DNA of 64,000 nucleotides from Octopus bimaculoides (GCF_001194135.2 NC_068983.1:11455035-11519034), one strand, 5' to 3'; positions 41,011 to 52,739 are shown, numbered from the stretch's first letter. Program-made: numbers and translations. The notes: generated by a model not told the origin, from the letters alone.

Positions 41011-41901
41011 CTGAAACAGACATGTCAATTTATTAGGTTTCCATTTTCGAGAATTATGACAAAAAGACAGGAAAAAAAAAAAAATTAAAATCATTAATTT
41101 TATTTGAAGCTGTGAAAATAAAGAAATTCTCGTTTTAATGGTTTAACAGAAACGATTTTCAATCCTTATCCATGTCATCAAGAGCTTTAAGAGTTTGAAA
41201 CATAAAATATTTACACTTTATGCTTCAAAAGACACAATGTCATAAAACCTGTACCTTTTAGATAGCTAATTTTAATTAAGAAATATTTTTGCTCAGCAAT
41301 GAATTATGTTTCAGTGAACAAGTTTATAAAACCAATTAGTTACCAAAAATCAGACTAGTTCCCCACCCCAACTGAATTTTGAAGTTGTCTTCCTTACCTT
41401 TCTTGATAAGAATTATCATTAATACTGATGATTATTGTCAAACGTAATGTTTATTTATTCACATTGCTTTGAATTATTCATGCATTATTTTGTAGCTTTG
41501 AGATTTTGATGAGGTAACTGTTAATTTTTAGAATGATATTGTAGTGTTGATGTGAAAGGCCAGATTGTCTCAGTTTGAACATAAAACCATAAAACAGGTA
41601 GAATATTTTGGCTGGATAAGGCCAGTTTAAATGCAAAAGGGCTAATTAATGAAGACCCTGTCTGAATACCAGAACATTAATCAATGTTTAAAACTTAAGA
41701 TAAACAGGGGAGAAAACCCCAAACTCTCAACAAATCAAAATTGATAAATTATGAGTCAGAGACCCTTACTTTAATTAATTTTTCTAGAATATTTCTAGAA
41801 GGAGGTATGTGAAACAGAAAAAAGAAAAGATTAAAATTACAAGATATAAGCAAGAATATATTTACAAAGAGAAAGCAAAACACAAATACAAACAAACTTA
41901 C

Positions 41902-42098
41902 CAGGTAAAACTTTGGCACCAGGCTTAGCCATTAGGCCACGAGCTCTAATTACTTCAACTTCTAAGTGGCCTTTTCGATCATAAAGGCCAAGCTGAATTT
42001 CTCCCAGACATGGAGCCCCAAGTACCTGTCTCCCAACAAGTTGTGAAGGGCCCAAACCTTCCACAAAGTCACCATAGTGGCTTGGAGGCAACCACATT
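41902..42098 (-). CDS. RIMS: RIM exon, start of C2B: MWLPPSHYGDFVEGLGPSQLVGRQVLGAPCLGEIQLGLYDRKGHLEVEVIRARGLMAKPGAKVLP
   Basis: Acceptor ccatattttttgtAG at 42100-42099; donor CCTG|GTAAGT at 41901. Typical RIM 'DF.DGLGP.QLVGRQ.L...MG.IQ.G' signature. Confidence 0.98.
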
Positions 42099-42536
42099 CT
42101 ACAAAAAATATGGAGAATAACAACAGCCTATTATTTAAAAAAAAAAATTACTGTTTGGAAAGTTATATACAAAGCATAAAAGCTGTATATTTTAACATGT
42201 TCACACACTAAAACTGAAGAATAATTTAAAAAAACAGAACTATCAGAAGAATATTTTCAAAAAAAAAAAAAATGGAGAAAATACAGAATCTTAAACACAG
42301 GTGAATACACAGGATAATGGAATTCTAGATTTATCTAGGGAAAAGGTAGAATGATCATGACCGGAATACCACTGACCATAGATCTGCTCAATAAAGGCAG
42401 AGCAACAATAACCAAATAGTCGTATTCAGATCGTAGCTTAGAAAATATTATTTACATTGAAAGACTTTTAGATCTAAGCTTTAGATGGTGTTTGGTCTGT
42501 GAAGAAAGAGGAATTATGTGAAAACTGAATCCTTAC

Positions 42537-42678
42537 ACTGATGATTCAATGCTGCTGATGCTACCCATACTGCCATCAGTAGAATCACGGCTGCTCTGTT
42601 TAGCTAATCGACTTCTCATTTCAAGCCCGCCACCAACTTCCTCGCTGCGTATAACAGAACCCTTCTTTTTGTTTGTTT
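42537..42678 (-). CDS. RIMS: RIM exon, 142 nt, phase 1-2: (E)TNKKKGSVIRSEEVGGGLEMRSRLAKQSSRDSTDGSMGSISSIESS(V)
   Basis: Acceptor catttgtttttttacAG; donor CAGT|GTAAGG at 42536. Matches RIM 'QRSTETG...EMR...RQASRESTDGSM'. The ORF track shows only a wrong frame here. Confidence 0.95.
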
Positions 42679-43981
42679 CTGTAAAAAAACAAATGGAAAC
42701 ATTCGTGAGCTGAGATTACTTTATACATACACACACACACACACACAACATACATAATACACATGCACACACACACACACACATACATAAATGCATGTAT
42801 ATATACATCTATATGCCCATACATATATACGCATTTATATATATATATATATTTCTTTTATTAGCCACACAGGGCGCAACAAAGATGGGACAAATACAAT
42901 GTAGAGCTTTTCTTTTTGGGAGGGGGAAGGAAGAAAAAAAAAACAGTAGGGGTGTGTTGATCAAAAGGGATCATAGGAAGGGAAAAAAGGGGGGAGTTCG
43001 ACCAAAAGGGATCGAAAAAAAAATATATATTTATATACACACACATACATACATACTAAAGTACATATAAAATGAATTAGTTAAAACAGATTATGAAAGT
43101 AGCAAACAATATTTAATATGGCACAAAAAAAGGATGTTATGTAACAATTACAGTTAATGCTACAAGAAAATTATGATTTAAATATTAGAACTAGACTGAA
43201 AAAAAAAAAACTGCACAAAAATAAAATTCTAATGATAATTTAACATGTGAAATATGTTCTTTAGGTAAGACAACAGCTGAAATAGCAGTAGTTCTATTTG
43301 ATTTGGTCAACAAGAAATGGTGAAATATTTTAAAAATAAACTACTGAAAGAATTTTCATTATTGTGAATGACAAGAAATCCAACAGTTAGCACTAACTGA
43401 AGATTTGTTATGGTTTACCATAGAAACTTTTGTTACAAAGGATGTGTTGATCCTTCTTTGTATTATAAACAACTCATGATAGAGTTTCTTCTTTCATTTA
43501 ACTAAGTTTTTTTTTTTAAACTACTAGCCTATTGACGTTCAAGTTAAATAAAAAAGCACATCAATTTCATCAGCCTGCAAGGTTATGAGAGCTGTCCATC
43601 GGCTGCTGACTAATAATGATTTATAAAAAGGCTGTTTTCATTATAGACATCAATTATCTTTTTATCTGGAAATCTTTCTCAGTGCCAGTCAGAACCAAAG
43701 TGAAGCCTGATGTGAGTCAGGTAAATTGAAGCAAAGTTATGTACCTTGTTTAAGTGCACAATGCATTGGCTCTTGTTAGGCATGAACTCCTGATCATGTG
43801 GTTTGTATCAGGCGTTGTTTACTATGGCTATTGAACTGACTCAATTTTTGTCATCTGAGAAGAGATAACATTTCCAGCCCAGCTGGTATTGGCTATAATC
43901 AGATATTTCCATGAATGGTTGTTTTAAATATTGGATACTATTCCTTTTAAATATTGGATGCTATTCCTTTAGAACAGCATA

Positions 43982-44190
43982 AGGCACATGGCTTAGTGGT
44001 TAAGGGTGTTGGACTCATGATTGTAAGATTGTGGTTTCAATTCCTGGACCAGGCAACATGTGTTCTTGAGCCAAACACTTCATTTCATGTTACTCCAGTC
44101 CTTTTAACTGTAAAAAATGAGTAATCCTGTTGAGGTGGGGAACTTATATGCCAGGGAAACCAGCTCTTATGAGTCAGCATGACTCTTGAA
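43982..44190 (+). mobile_element. SINE family B, degraded, tail like the 8922 copy
   Basis: GGCTTAGTGGTTAAGGG...GTTCTTGAGCCAAACACTTCATTTC. Confidence 0.75.
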
Positions 44191-44516
44191 GGTGATTTTT
44201 TTTTTAACTCTAGAACAGTATTCAACCATTAAACAAAGAATTAAGAATACTATATTATTCTTTGGCTGAGCAAATAACATAAGAGATATCTGTAAATTAG
44301 ATACATATCAGAAATATTACATTTAATCAGTAAAACTAAGTTACAATGTTTTGAAATTATTTCCTATCTTTTAAATAATGTCAAATAATTTTAATTTAAT
44401 GAATAAAAAAGAAACAATAAAATGAAAATAAGATAAAAATACAACTTGCTCAAGATGAAATTCATAGTAATAATGGTAACATTTCATTTAAAAAAAACTA
44501 ATCTTAGTGTACTGAC

Positions 44517-44553
44517 CTTCAGAGCAAGTCATACAGGAAGGTATAAATTTCAT
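44517..44553 (-). CDS. Candidate alternative first coding exon (MKFIPSCMTCSE) of a short C2B-only, gamma-type RIM isoform
   Basis: ATG at 44553 with G at -3 and an in-frame TAA just upstream (44562-44560). Donor GAAG|GTCAGT at 44516 in phase 1, so G+AA of exon 42678 gives Glu in frame. Confidence 0.55.
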
Positions 44554-44679
44554 CCCATGTTATGACAAAAATTAGAACTTGGTCATGCTTTCAATTCAGA
44601 AAGTCAAAACCATATTTATGATCTATTTTATTTTCAACAAACTTCATTGCGAGATAGTCTTACTTTGTATGGTATAAAG

Positions 44680-44711
44680 TACATAATGATTTTTTTCTCC
44701 AATTTTATATA
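44680..44711 (-). promoter_or_regulatory. Possible internal TATA-box promoter (TATATAAAA at 44711-44703; Inr-like GTACTTT about 31 nt downstream)
   Basis: Motif and spacing seen about 130-160 nt upstream of the candidate ATG. TATA-like matches are common in such AT-rich DNA. Confidence 0.25.
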
Positions 44712-46377
44712 GATTAGGAAAGAAAGATTTATTTAATATAGAAAGTAATGGAAAATCTTGGTCTGAGCCAGTTAGGCAGGGAATAAGCTGATTGCACATA
44801 GCTCACATTGTTAGGTAGGTAAAGCCTTTAGCAGAAAAGAATAAGATCGGGGTTGAGTATAATCCCAGTTGTGAGGTGTAATAATGTGATTCCATGCCTG
44901 TGATCAGTTTCAATGCAGTGAATTTGTTCAATTATGTCAAATGATCAGAGACTATCAAACTGACATTAATTTCTAAATTAAACACACACAGTTTACACAT
45001 TTTAAATGAAGCAGTCATTTATTTAAGTACAGAGAATTCTAAAATAAACCAAAATGACAAAAAATAATTTTCAAGAGACAGTTCCAGATGGATTTAAAGC
45101 AACATATGTTAAAAATTTGATACACCAACATCTTATTAAAAAGCCATAAAAGAAAACATGATTACAATGGTGTGGGATAATAATAATAATAATAACATTA
45201 TAAATTTGACTTGCACTCAATGACAAAGATGAAAAAAAAATAACAAGGAAAATGTAAAAGATAATGAATAAAGATGGAAAATGAGTAAATAAACAAGTGC
45301 TATCTAATGAGAAAGAGAAACAGAGGAGAGAAAGAGAGAAAAAGAAAGAGAGAGAAAGAATGAAAGAGGTAGAGAGGGAGAGATAGACAGACAGAAAAAG
45401 AGAAAATGAAGCTTCACCCAATCTGTGTTTTAGATGACAAAGATATATGTTATCCTAATAAAATGCAAATTTTTTCAGGGTGTTTTAATTTGAGCAGAGT
45501 AGAATTCGGATGGAGAGCTGGACTAAATAGTAAACAATATCTCTGATATTTTAAAGTTCAAATTCCAACAGGATCAAATATAATAACTATCAGTAATATA
45601 CTAATTCGGGTTAATTAGTTATATACCTTTTTTTTTTTACACAAATATCACTATTTAATCAAAAGCAAACTCTTATTGTACAATGATTAAGCTAATTGAA
45701 TGAATGATGTAAATGAAATGGAAATACTTTTCTAATTGCTGTTGATCTAAGTTTCTAAGAAATATATATATATATAATGTTATGTAATATATAATGTAAC
45801 TTAACAATTTTGAAATTACTCTCTTTTATAAGTGTTCTTAAAAGGAGTAACCATCAAAAATCTATGTTCTTCCTCTCCAAAACTCTAAATTTTGTGTTTA
45901 TATAAGTAACAAATATTTTATGCCTTTATTAATATATGTTTCAGGTAAACAACTAAAAAACAACAGCCACTTGGTTTTATATGTTTTTATATGGCATAGG
46001 GAAAAAAATGCTCAGCCATGACATATCTTATGTGGCAAATTAGTTAAAATGTTTAAAATATCTAAAATTCTAAAACTATTTGATCTATGTAAAAATTAAA
46101 AAAATCTTCATCATTAAATATGGTAACCTATTACGTATTCTGAAATTGAATTTAATTGAAACAAATTTGTATAACATTTTACACTCTGAACATATCTGTT
46201 AATTCTCAAAATCATTGATAGAGCCACAGTAGCACAGTAGTAGTATATATCAAAGATAGACAGGTTTAGCCAATGTGTGTGTGCGTATATATACATATAT
46301 AAAATTTAACACCAGTTTAGCCTTGATTAAACAGATTTATGATCAAGGGTATTCCAGCTATGACTATTCCCTCTTTA

Positions 46378-46597
46378 TGAGGAGGTCCTGATAAGTTCCT
46401 GGCTCTTTGGGTAAAAGAAAATACAGGAGGATCAGTTAATTATGATTTTCATTCAACATATTTCCCTCTCAGATTCACACACTTATTACAGTGGTCCTTC
46501 AGTTTTTATAAGCCCTGTAAAAAAACTGAGAATTTTGGGCTTCCAGCCAGGCCTTTTGCGATACCCTTAAAGCCAGGAACTTTTCAGTCCCTCCTCA
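46378..46597. mobile_element. Tc1/mariner-type MITE, 220 bp, TA target duplication
   Basis: TIRs TGAGGAGGTCCTGATAAGTTCCTGGCT and AGCCAGGAACTTTTCAGTCCCTCCTCA (3 mismatches in 27), flanked by TA at 46376-46377 and 46598-46599. Nested in another dispersed repeat. Confidence 0.85.
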
Positions 46598-46789
46598 TAT
46601 ATACACAACTACATTATTCAATGTATCCCTTCTTAAGGGTGTAATTTAAGGAAGATTTGGTTACTGGTTCTAATAGGTTAATTGGCAACATACTGGTGAC
46701 CCCTCAAAACAGGAACATTGTGTTTCATTTCTGAGCAGACACACGTAAGTGTATGCACGCACATTTGCATAAATATGTATACACACATA

Positions 46790-46953
46790 TAGGCGCAGGA
46801 GTGGCTGTGTGGTAAGTAGCTTGCTTACCAACCACATGGTTCCGGGTTCATTCCCACTGTGTGGCACCTTGAGCAAGTGTCTTCTACTATAGTCTTGGAC
46901 TGACCAAAGCCTTGTGAGTGGATTTGGTAGACAGAAACTGAAAGAAGCGCATC

Positions 46954-47011
<58 letters not shown>

Positions 47012-47225
47012 ATGTGTATATGTTAGTGTGTCTGTGTTTGTCCCCCCCCAACACCGCTTGACAACCGATGGTGGTGAGTTTATGTCCCCCGAATAACTTA
47101 GCGGTTCGGCAAAAGAGAATAAGTACTAGGCTTCCAAAGAATAAGTCCTGGGGTCGATTTGCTCGACAAAAGGCGGTGCTCCAGCATGGCCACAGTCAAA
47201 TGACTAAAACAAGTAAAAAAGTAAA
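46790..47225 (+). mobile_element. SINE family A, full length (RIM intron)
   Basis: Same head, internal microsatellite and tail. Confidence 0.9.
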
Positions 47226-48281
47226 AGAGAGAGAGAGAGTAAAGAGAGTACATGTACATACAGATACACAATTTAAATATATACATACTAATATGTATAT
47301 ATATGTATGCTTGTGTATCTGCCTGTGTACAATCTATTTAATAAAAAGCCTTGAAACTTATTCAAAATTAAATTTTAGTTGTTTAGTGTCAAGTCAAGCC
47401 TGATTTAGCAAATCTATTATCAAAAGCATTCCATCTATGACCACCCCATCTTTTTGTATACACAAGACTACATTCCTAATGTGTTTTTCCTTTTTAAGAT
47501 GGTAAGTGTAATTTGAAGGAGATCTGACTGCTATTTCTGGCAAGATAACAGACCCTGTACAGGCTTCCTTATTTGCTCTTGGTTTTTATATTTAGTGTTG
47601 CCTACACCACTTCCCTAAACTAATTGTAAGCATAATATATTATTTTTTTGAGTCAACTCACTACATACATATAGTCTATTTCTATTTGTTGCAAGCATCT
47701 TAAAATATCCCTCAAAGTAACTCTCTCTCTCCTAACAACTATCAACTGTTGTATTTCACATTCATACAGTCAGTCGAGTATACCTCCACTGACACTGTAT
47801 TGCCATTTATGTACTCAGTCCTCACCTACTTAAATGACTATTTTCACATGGAAGCATGAATTAGATGAGTATCTGAAATTTGTCTTTCTTAAACTTGCTA
47901 CACAGCATCAAATACTTTTTTGTTTGCTTAGATGATAAAAATGGAGATGATGATGATGACTGAGGTGATGATAATGATGAAGATGATGATGACAATAATA
48001 ATGATAATAATGATAAACCAAGTAACAATACAAGATAAATATTCATATTTTACTTATATAACTATTGTTATTAATTTTTTTTTTGTTTTACGATTATCTA
48101 AATAGCATTATGACTTTAAACTTATAATTTAAGGCTAAGTTTAGAAAATTGGTTCACTTTTTAAAAATCTTATTTCAAGATAATTTCTTTTTTGAAGTGA
48201 TTTTAAATTCTCAAATGCAGGATAATGCTAATAATATAGCCTGAACAGGATAAGCTACCCCTATTTTACAGAAAAAAGTGT

Positions 48282-48362
48282 TGGCGGCCAGCTATGAGAC
48301 CCGAACTCACACCTCCGTGATTACGCGTCACGGTGCTCTAGACCGATTAAGCTAAACTGCCC
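48282..48362 (-). tRNA. tRNA-like cloverleaf, anticodon CGT (Thr), non-canonical; probably a pseudogene or tRNA-derived ncRNA
   Basis: D arm GCTT/GAGC with GG, anticodon stem CCGTGA/TCACGG around loop CGCGTAA, T arm GTGAG-TTCGGGT-CTCAT, 3' G-CCA, then T6 at 48277-48272. U33 and A58 are both replaced by G. Confidence 0.65.
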
Positions 48363-49014
48363 TCACCACAAATTCTTCTGCAAATTTAAGATGTATAGAA
48401 ATCTCGCTTTATGAGATGCTATCATACGTTAAATTCAAATTACGATGAACGTAAACAAACAAACAAAGTTTGCTTTTAGAAGTGTTGAGATGTCTTAGAA
48501 CTCGATGTTTGATTTTACTGTTTTAACTATAATTGACCAACTAATGTCCTCTAATTCTAGTTGTATATTTGACTATAAACTTATGAGACTACTTTAGTTT
48601 CTTGTGTCGAGTAACGCATGCATAGACACACTAACCCAACCCTTTGAAAATTACTTCTGAACAAAACCCAGCTCAAATTTGAATCACCCTTGAATCAATT
48701 TGTCTTAATAACAACAAAATATGTTAATGGTGATAAATTGGAGGAAATTAATAAAATAAGACAAAATAATGTGATGATAAAATAATGTTTTATAATTAAG
48801 GTTCTCAGCATCAGTTAGCTAAATATTTTAAGCAGGTTTCCTAACCATTTATAAACAATAAGTAACTGCTTTTAATAAGTATTATGATTTTCCCAGAGCT
48901 CAACAGAGTAAATGATACTTCACCTAATATGATCAATGAGTGGCAAAAATGTTATCATGACACTTGGAAAAGGGGGGCCTATAAACGCTTGCACGCACGC
49001 TGCTCCATACTTAC

Positions 49015-49361
49015 AGTTGTGATGAGTAGGCAAAGAACAACCAATGGAGTTAGTGATGTTACAACATCGAATCACTGGTGACGAACCACTTGACAATAGC
49101 TGAAAACAATCACTTTGCTGCTGCTTTTGGTAAGATCTACATAGATATTTCGAGCCATCAAACCGACCAAAATGGTCATCACGACGAGGTAGCAGAGATG
49201 TAGGAGTAGGAAGATAAGGTTTTGCTGATAACCAGCTGGACAAGAAACCCAGGGTAGATTGAAGTAAAAAGAGTGGCACTAGTAGCAGTGAATGCAAATA
49301 TTGGTAGAAGTAATAGCAGATATAGGTCATGATATAGCTGCTATAGGGGAGTACACTATGA
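49015..49361 (-). other. Cryptic/alternative 347-nt exon in RIM intron (poison exon or 5'-UTR exon)
   Basis: Long pyrimidine tract ttctttattctttttttggtctccttcattcAG (49363-49362) and donor CAACT|GTAAGT at 49014. Sequence is non-repetitive and GC-richer than its flanks. Confidence 0.5.
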
Positions 49362-50074
49362 CTGAATGAAGGAGACCAAAAAAAGAATAAAGAAATTGTT
49401 CAAATTAACTCTTGGAAGTTTAAGCTTATCTTCTCCATGTCAAATGTTTTTTCTGTTATAAACTACAATTTGTAGTTGAGTCATATATTCAAATCTCAAC
49501 TAACTTATAGATGAAACTTAAAAGAGACATCAATAAAAGCAATTATAGGTAATTCTAGTTTATTACTACCACTTATTCTATCACCTTTGAAAGGCCAAAA
49601 AGTTACTACTGGCAGGAATTGAATTCATAAAAGCAAGGTGCATATCTAAATTGTGTATGACATCAATTTTGGCACACTATAACTCCTGCTTCAATAAAAA
49701 AAAAGTCATGGAAATTATTTGGATGATAGCTTATAGATGTTAATTTTGAAACATCTTATCAAACACTTTGCTGATTTCAGTCTGTGATCAAAAAAAGAGT
49801 AGAAACTTAACTAAATCCAGTGACTTAGGTATGAAAGCTTAGCTCTGAGCTCTGTATATTTTACATTTTCAGAGACATAAAACAAACATCCCAGTATAAT
49901 TCATGAAAGTTTTGCAGCCCATTTATCATTATAAAGAAGATATGAAAACACTGAATATTATAAACTGCATTTCCCTAACATTCTGCGTTAGGAAATCATT
50001 TCAAATGATATAAATGATAAAGATTCATTATCATTGAAAATATCTTTGCTAACATGATAGATTGCTAGCCACTA

Positions 50075-50255
50075 CACATTCTTTATTTTCTCTCCTTGTT
50101 TCTTTCTGTGTTCCTTTCTGTGGAAGAGCGTAGGCTCAAAACGTTAAAGACTTTTTCACTTCCTGAGCATTAAACTAATACATCGGTTTATTGTCTACAC
50201 CACCTGTCTTTGTCTTTTGCTTTTTTTTGTGAATTCTCCCTATATATATATATAT
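50075..50255 (+). mobile_element. Short Penelope-terminus-like repeat ending in (TA)n
   Basis: CTGTGGAAGAGCGTAGGCTCAAAACGT resembles a degenerate hammerhead-type core with a GAGC/GCTC stem. Confidence 0.4.
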
Positions 50256-52739
50256 GTAGGATGACAAATTTTCAAGGTAAATATATCACTAATTTTAATT
50301 TGTAGAGAAGAAATGGAGAAGAGCTTTAATTGAAATATTGATATATTTTCTGTTAATAATAGGTAATGCAGTGAACATGATCAAATTTTGGTCTATGACT
50401 TCAAGCCGATTGTGTAAGCCAGTAGCAGCATAAGTGGTCCCAAGTCTTTAGTTGAAATCTTCAGGATACATCATTTTGGTGGATTGGAGGGAAGGAATGG
50501 AAAGAAGAAACAGAATAAGGAAACTAAGAGCTATTTGAGGAATGGCAAAAGTGGCAGCAACAGTAAGAGTGGCAATGACAGCAGAAGTAAGAGTGACAGC
50601 AAATGCTAGAATTCTAGCAAGCAACAGGCAGGCTGGTTGGCTGGCTGGTTGGCTGGCTAGCTGGCTGGTTGCTCTGCTGAAGCAAAACTCTGGGAAGGCA
50701 GTGTTGCAAAGAAAGCATCATAGAGATTGGAGAAATCAGTCTATGTGCATTTATATGTAGATAAATTTGCAAATAGAAAAAAAAAAAAAGTCTAAAACTA
50801 GATTGAAAACTTTTGGGTCTGCTTTACCAGATATAACTGCAAACCTTTTTACTTTATTACAACCATTTCTCTGCTACTAACACATCTTTATTTGTTTACA
50901 GAAGAATCTACATAAAGTATCTAATTTTAATGTTTGCACACTGAGAAAGGACAGTGTAGTTTTTATTAAGATAGATAGGCTGTTAATCTAGAAAAAGTTG
51001 AATATTAAAATCCTTGATTACAATAAGCAAAATGTCTATAGAATATATATACTAATGTTTTAAATTTGAATTAATAAAACAGAATTAAAAATAGAAAAAC
51101 ATTATTTCACAATATTTGATACAGCGCTAACTATGAAAGGAAAAAGGATAGAAAATAGAAAAGCTTTTGGAAGCTACATTAGAATTTAATTCAGAATATT
51201 CTAAAATGACAAGCAAATCTTTTTCTTGTCCTTTTCTAAAGGAATACACTAAGTCCAATAATGAGTTTATTCAAGCCTATAAGTGTACAATTTCAACAAA
51301 TCAGCAACATACTTTTTCAATTTTAGTATTCTACATTAGTTTTAAATATTGAATTTTATATAATTTTTGTAACTATTTCTTTCTAATTTCTTTGACTGTT
51401 GCATTTAATGTACACTTTATCAGTTTTAATTTCAAATTAATAAGGCTATACAAAAAAAAAAAGCATTAAGATAGAATTGAATTACTCCTGTAGTTTGTTG
51501 CATTGTAAGTGACATAAAGTTAGAGATATTTTGAGACTTATTTATAATAAAAAGTAGGTACAGGTATAGCTGTGTAATTCAAAAGCTCACCTTGCAACAA
51601 TATGGGATCATGTTCAATACTAATGCATGACACCTTGAGAATGTGCTTTCTACCATAGCTTCAGGTCGACCAATTTCAGAGTTTATATTTAAAAAAATGC
51701 TTTCTTTATGTTTCCTTTCCTGGGAATGTTACAAATCCCTTTTTTTATATTTCTGAAAATAGAATTCAGATATTGCACCCTCATCCCTCAAGTTGGATAT
51801 ATTAATGCTCAAACATACTTCTATTCCAGAATCAAAACCAGTGCAAGAACTGGAATTAGTTTTGCTTCCTTTCAAGAAGACCCTGGTAAGTTGATAGCAA
51901 CTTGGTAGAGAGTGAAAGGGTGGATTCTGCATGCATTAACAATAAAAGAATAAAGAGTTACTATGAATCATTAGGAACTGCTCATTCTTGGACAGTTTGA
52001 TTACTTCTCCTTGATCTAGTTCCTTCTACTATTAAGATTATAAATAAAATGGAGAAGATCCAATACTCTTGTAGTATATTTGAAGAGTCAGTTAATCAGT
52101 TTAAAATGGAGTCACTCATAATATTTCCTTTGTAAAGGGATTAACCTTCTTTCAGTAATAAGTGAAGAGAATAGAATCCTCCCTATGCTTGCAAAATACT
52201 CCATCTTTATAATATCTCAATACCTCAAGTATGAGGACAATAAGCAATATGGAAGGATCACAGATAATATTTAGAAATAATTCTCTAACTGAAAATTTTG
52301 AGTATTGTTTTACTAAGACAATTCTTGATTCACTTATTCAGTTGTAGCTATAGTTCTAAGTAGGTATCAAGAAAAACCAATTCCGAGTGTTCTTTAAGAT
52401 TTCTTATTTAGGATGAAACTAAATTTGAAGCTGTCATTTAGAATTTTATAATCTATTTTAACTCTATTTTAACACTATTAGTTGAATTAACAGCTTTATA
52501 GCTTTTACCATGCTTTATTCCAAAACAACAGACCTCTCAGGATAAAATAGTAGAAATATCAAAGATCATGCAATCAAAAAGTTTTTGTTAGACAACCAAG
52601 TGTTGAAGAAAGAGATAATGTTTTCAAACAGGATGGGGGGAAATTGATACAATTACTTAATCAGTAATTACAAGAGGACACATCTTGTGTGTTCTATCAC
52701 AAGGTTAAATTGTTAGCAACCACTGTTGTGTACTTAGCA

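Noticed and set aside
50420-50760. GC-richer block with (GGCT)n and purine-rich repeats; possible promoter or first exon upstream of the 49361 acceptor; ORF 50542-50760(+)
   Set aside because: No convincing donor was found, and the ORF is low complexity. It is unsupported rather than disproved.
51560-51670. Donor-like AAG|GTGAGC at about 51589
   Set aside because: It is the antisense strand of a degraded SINE head.
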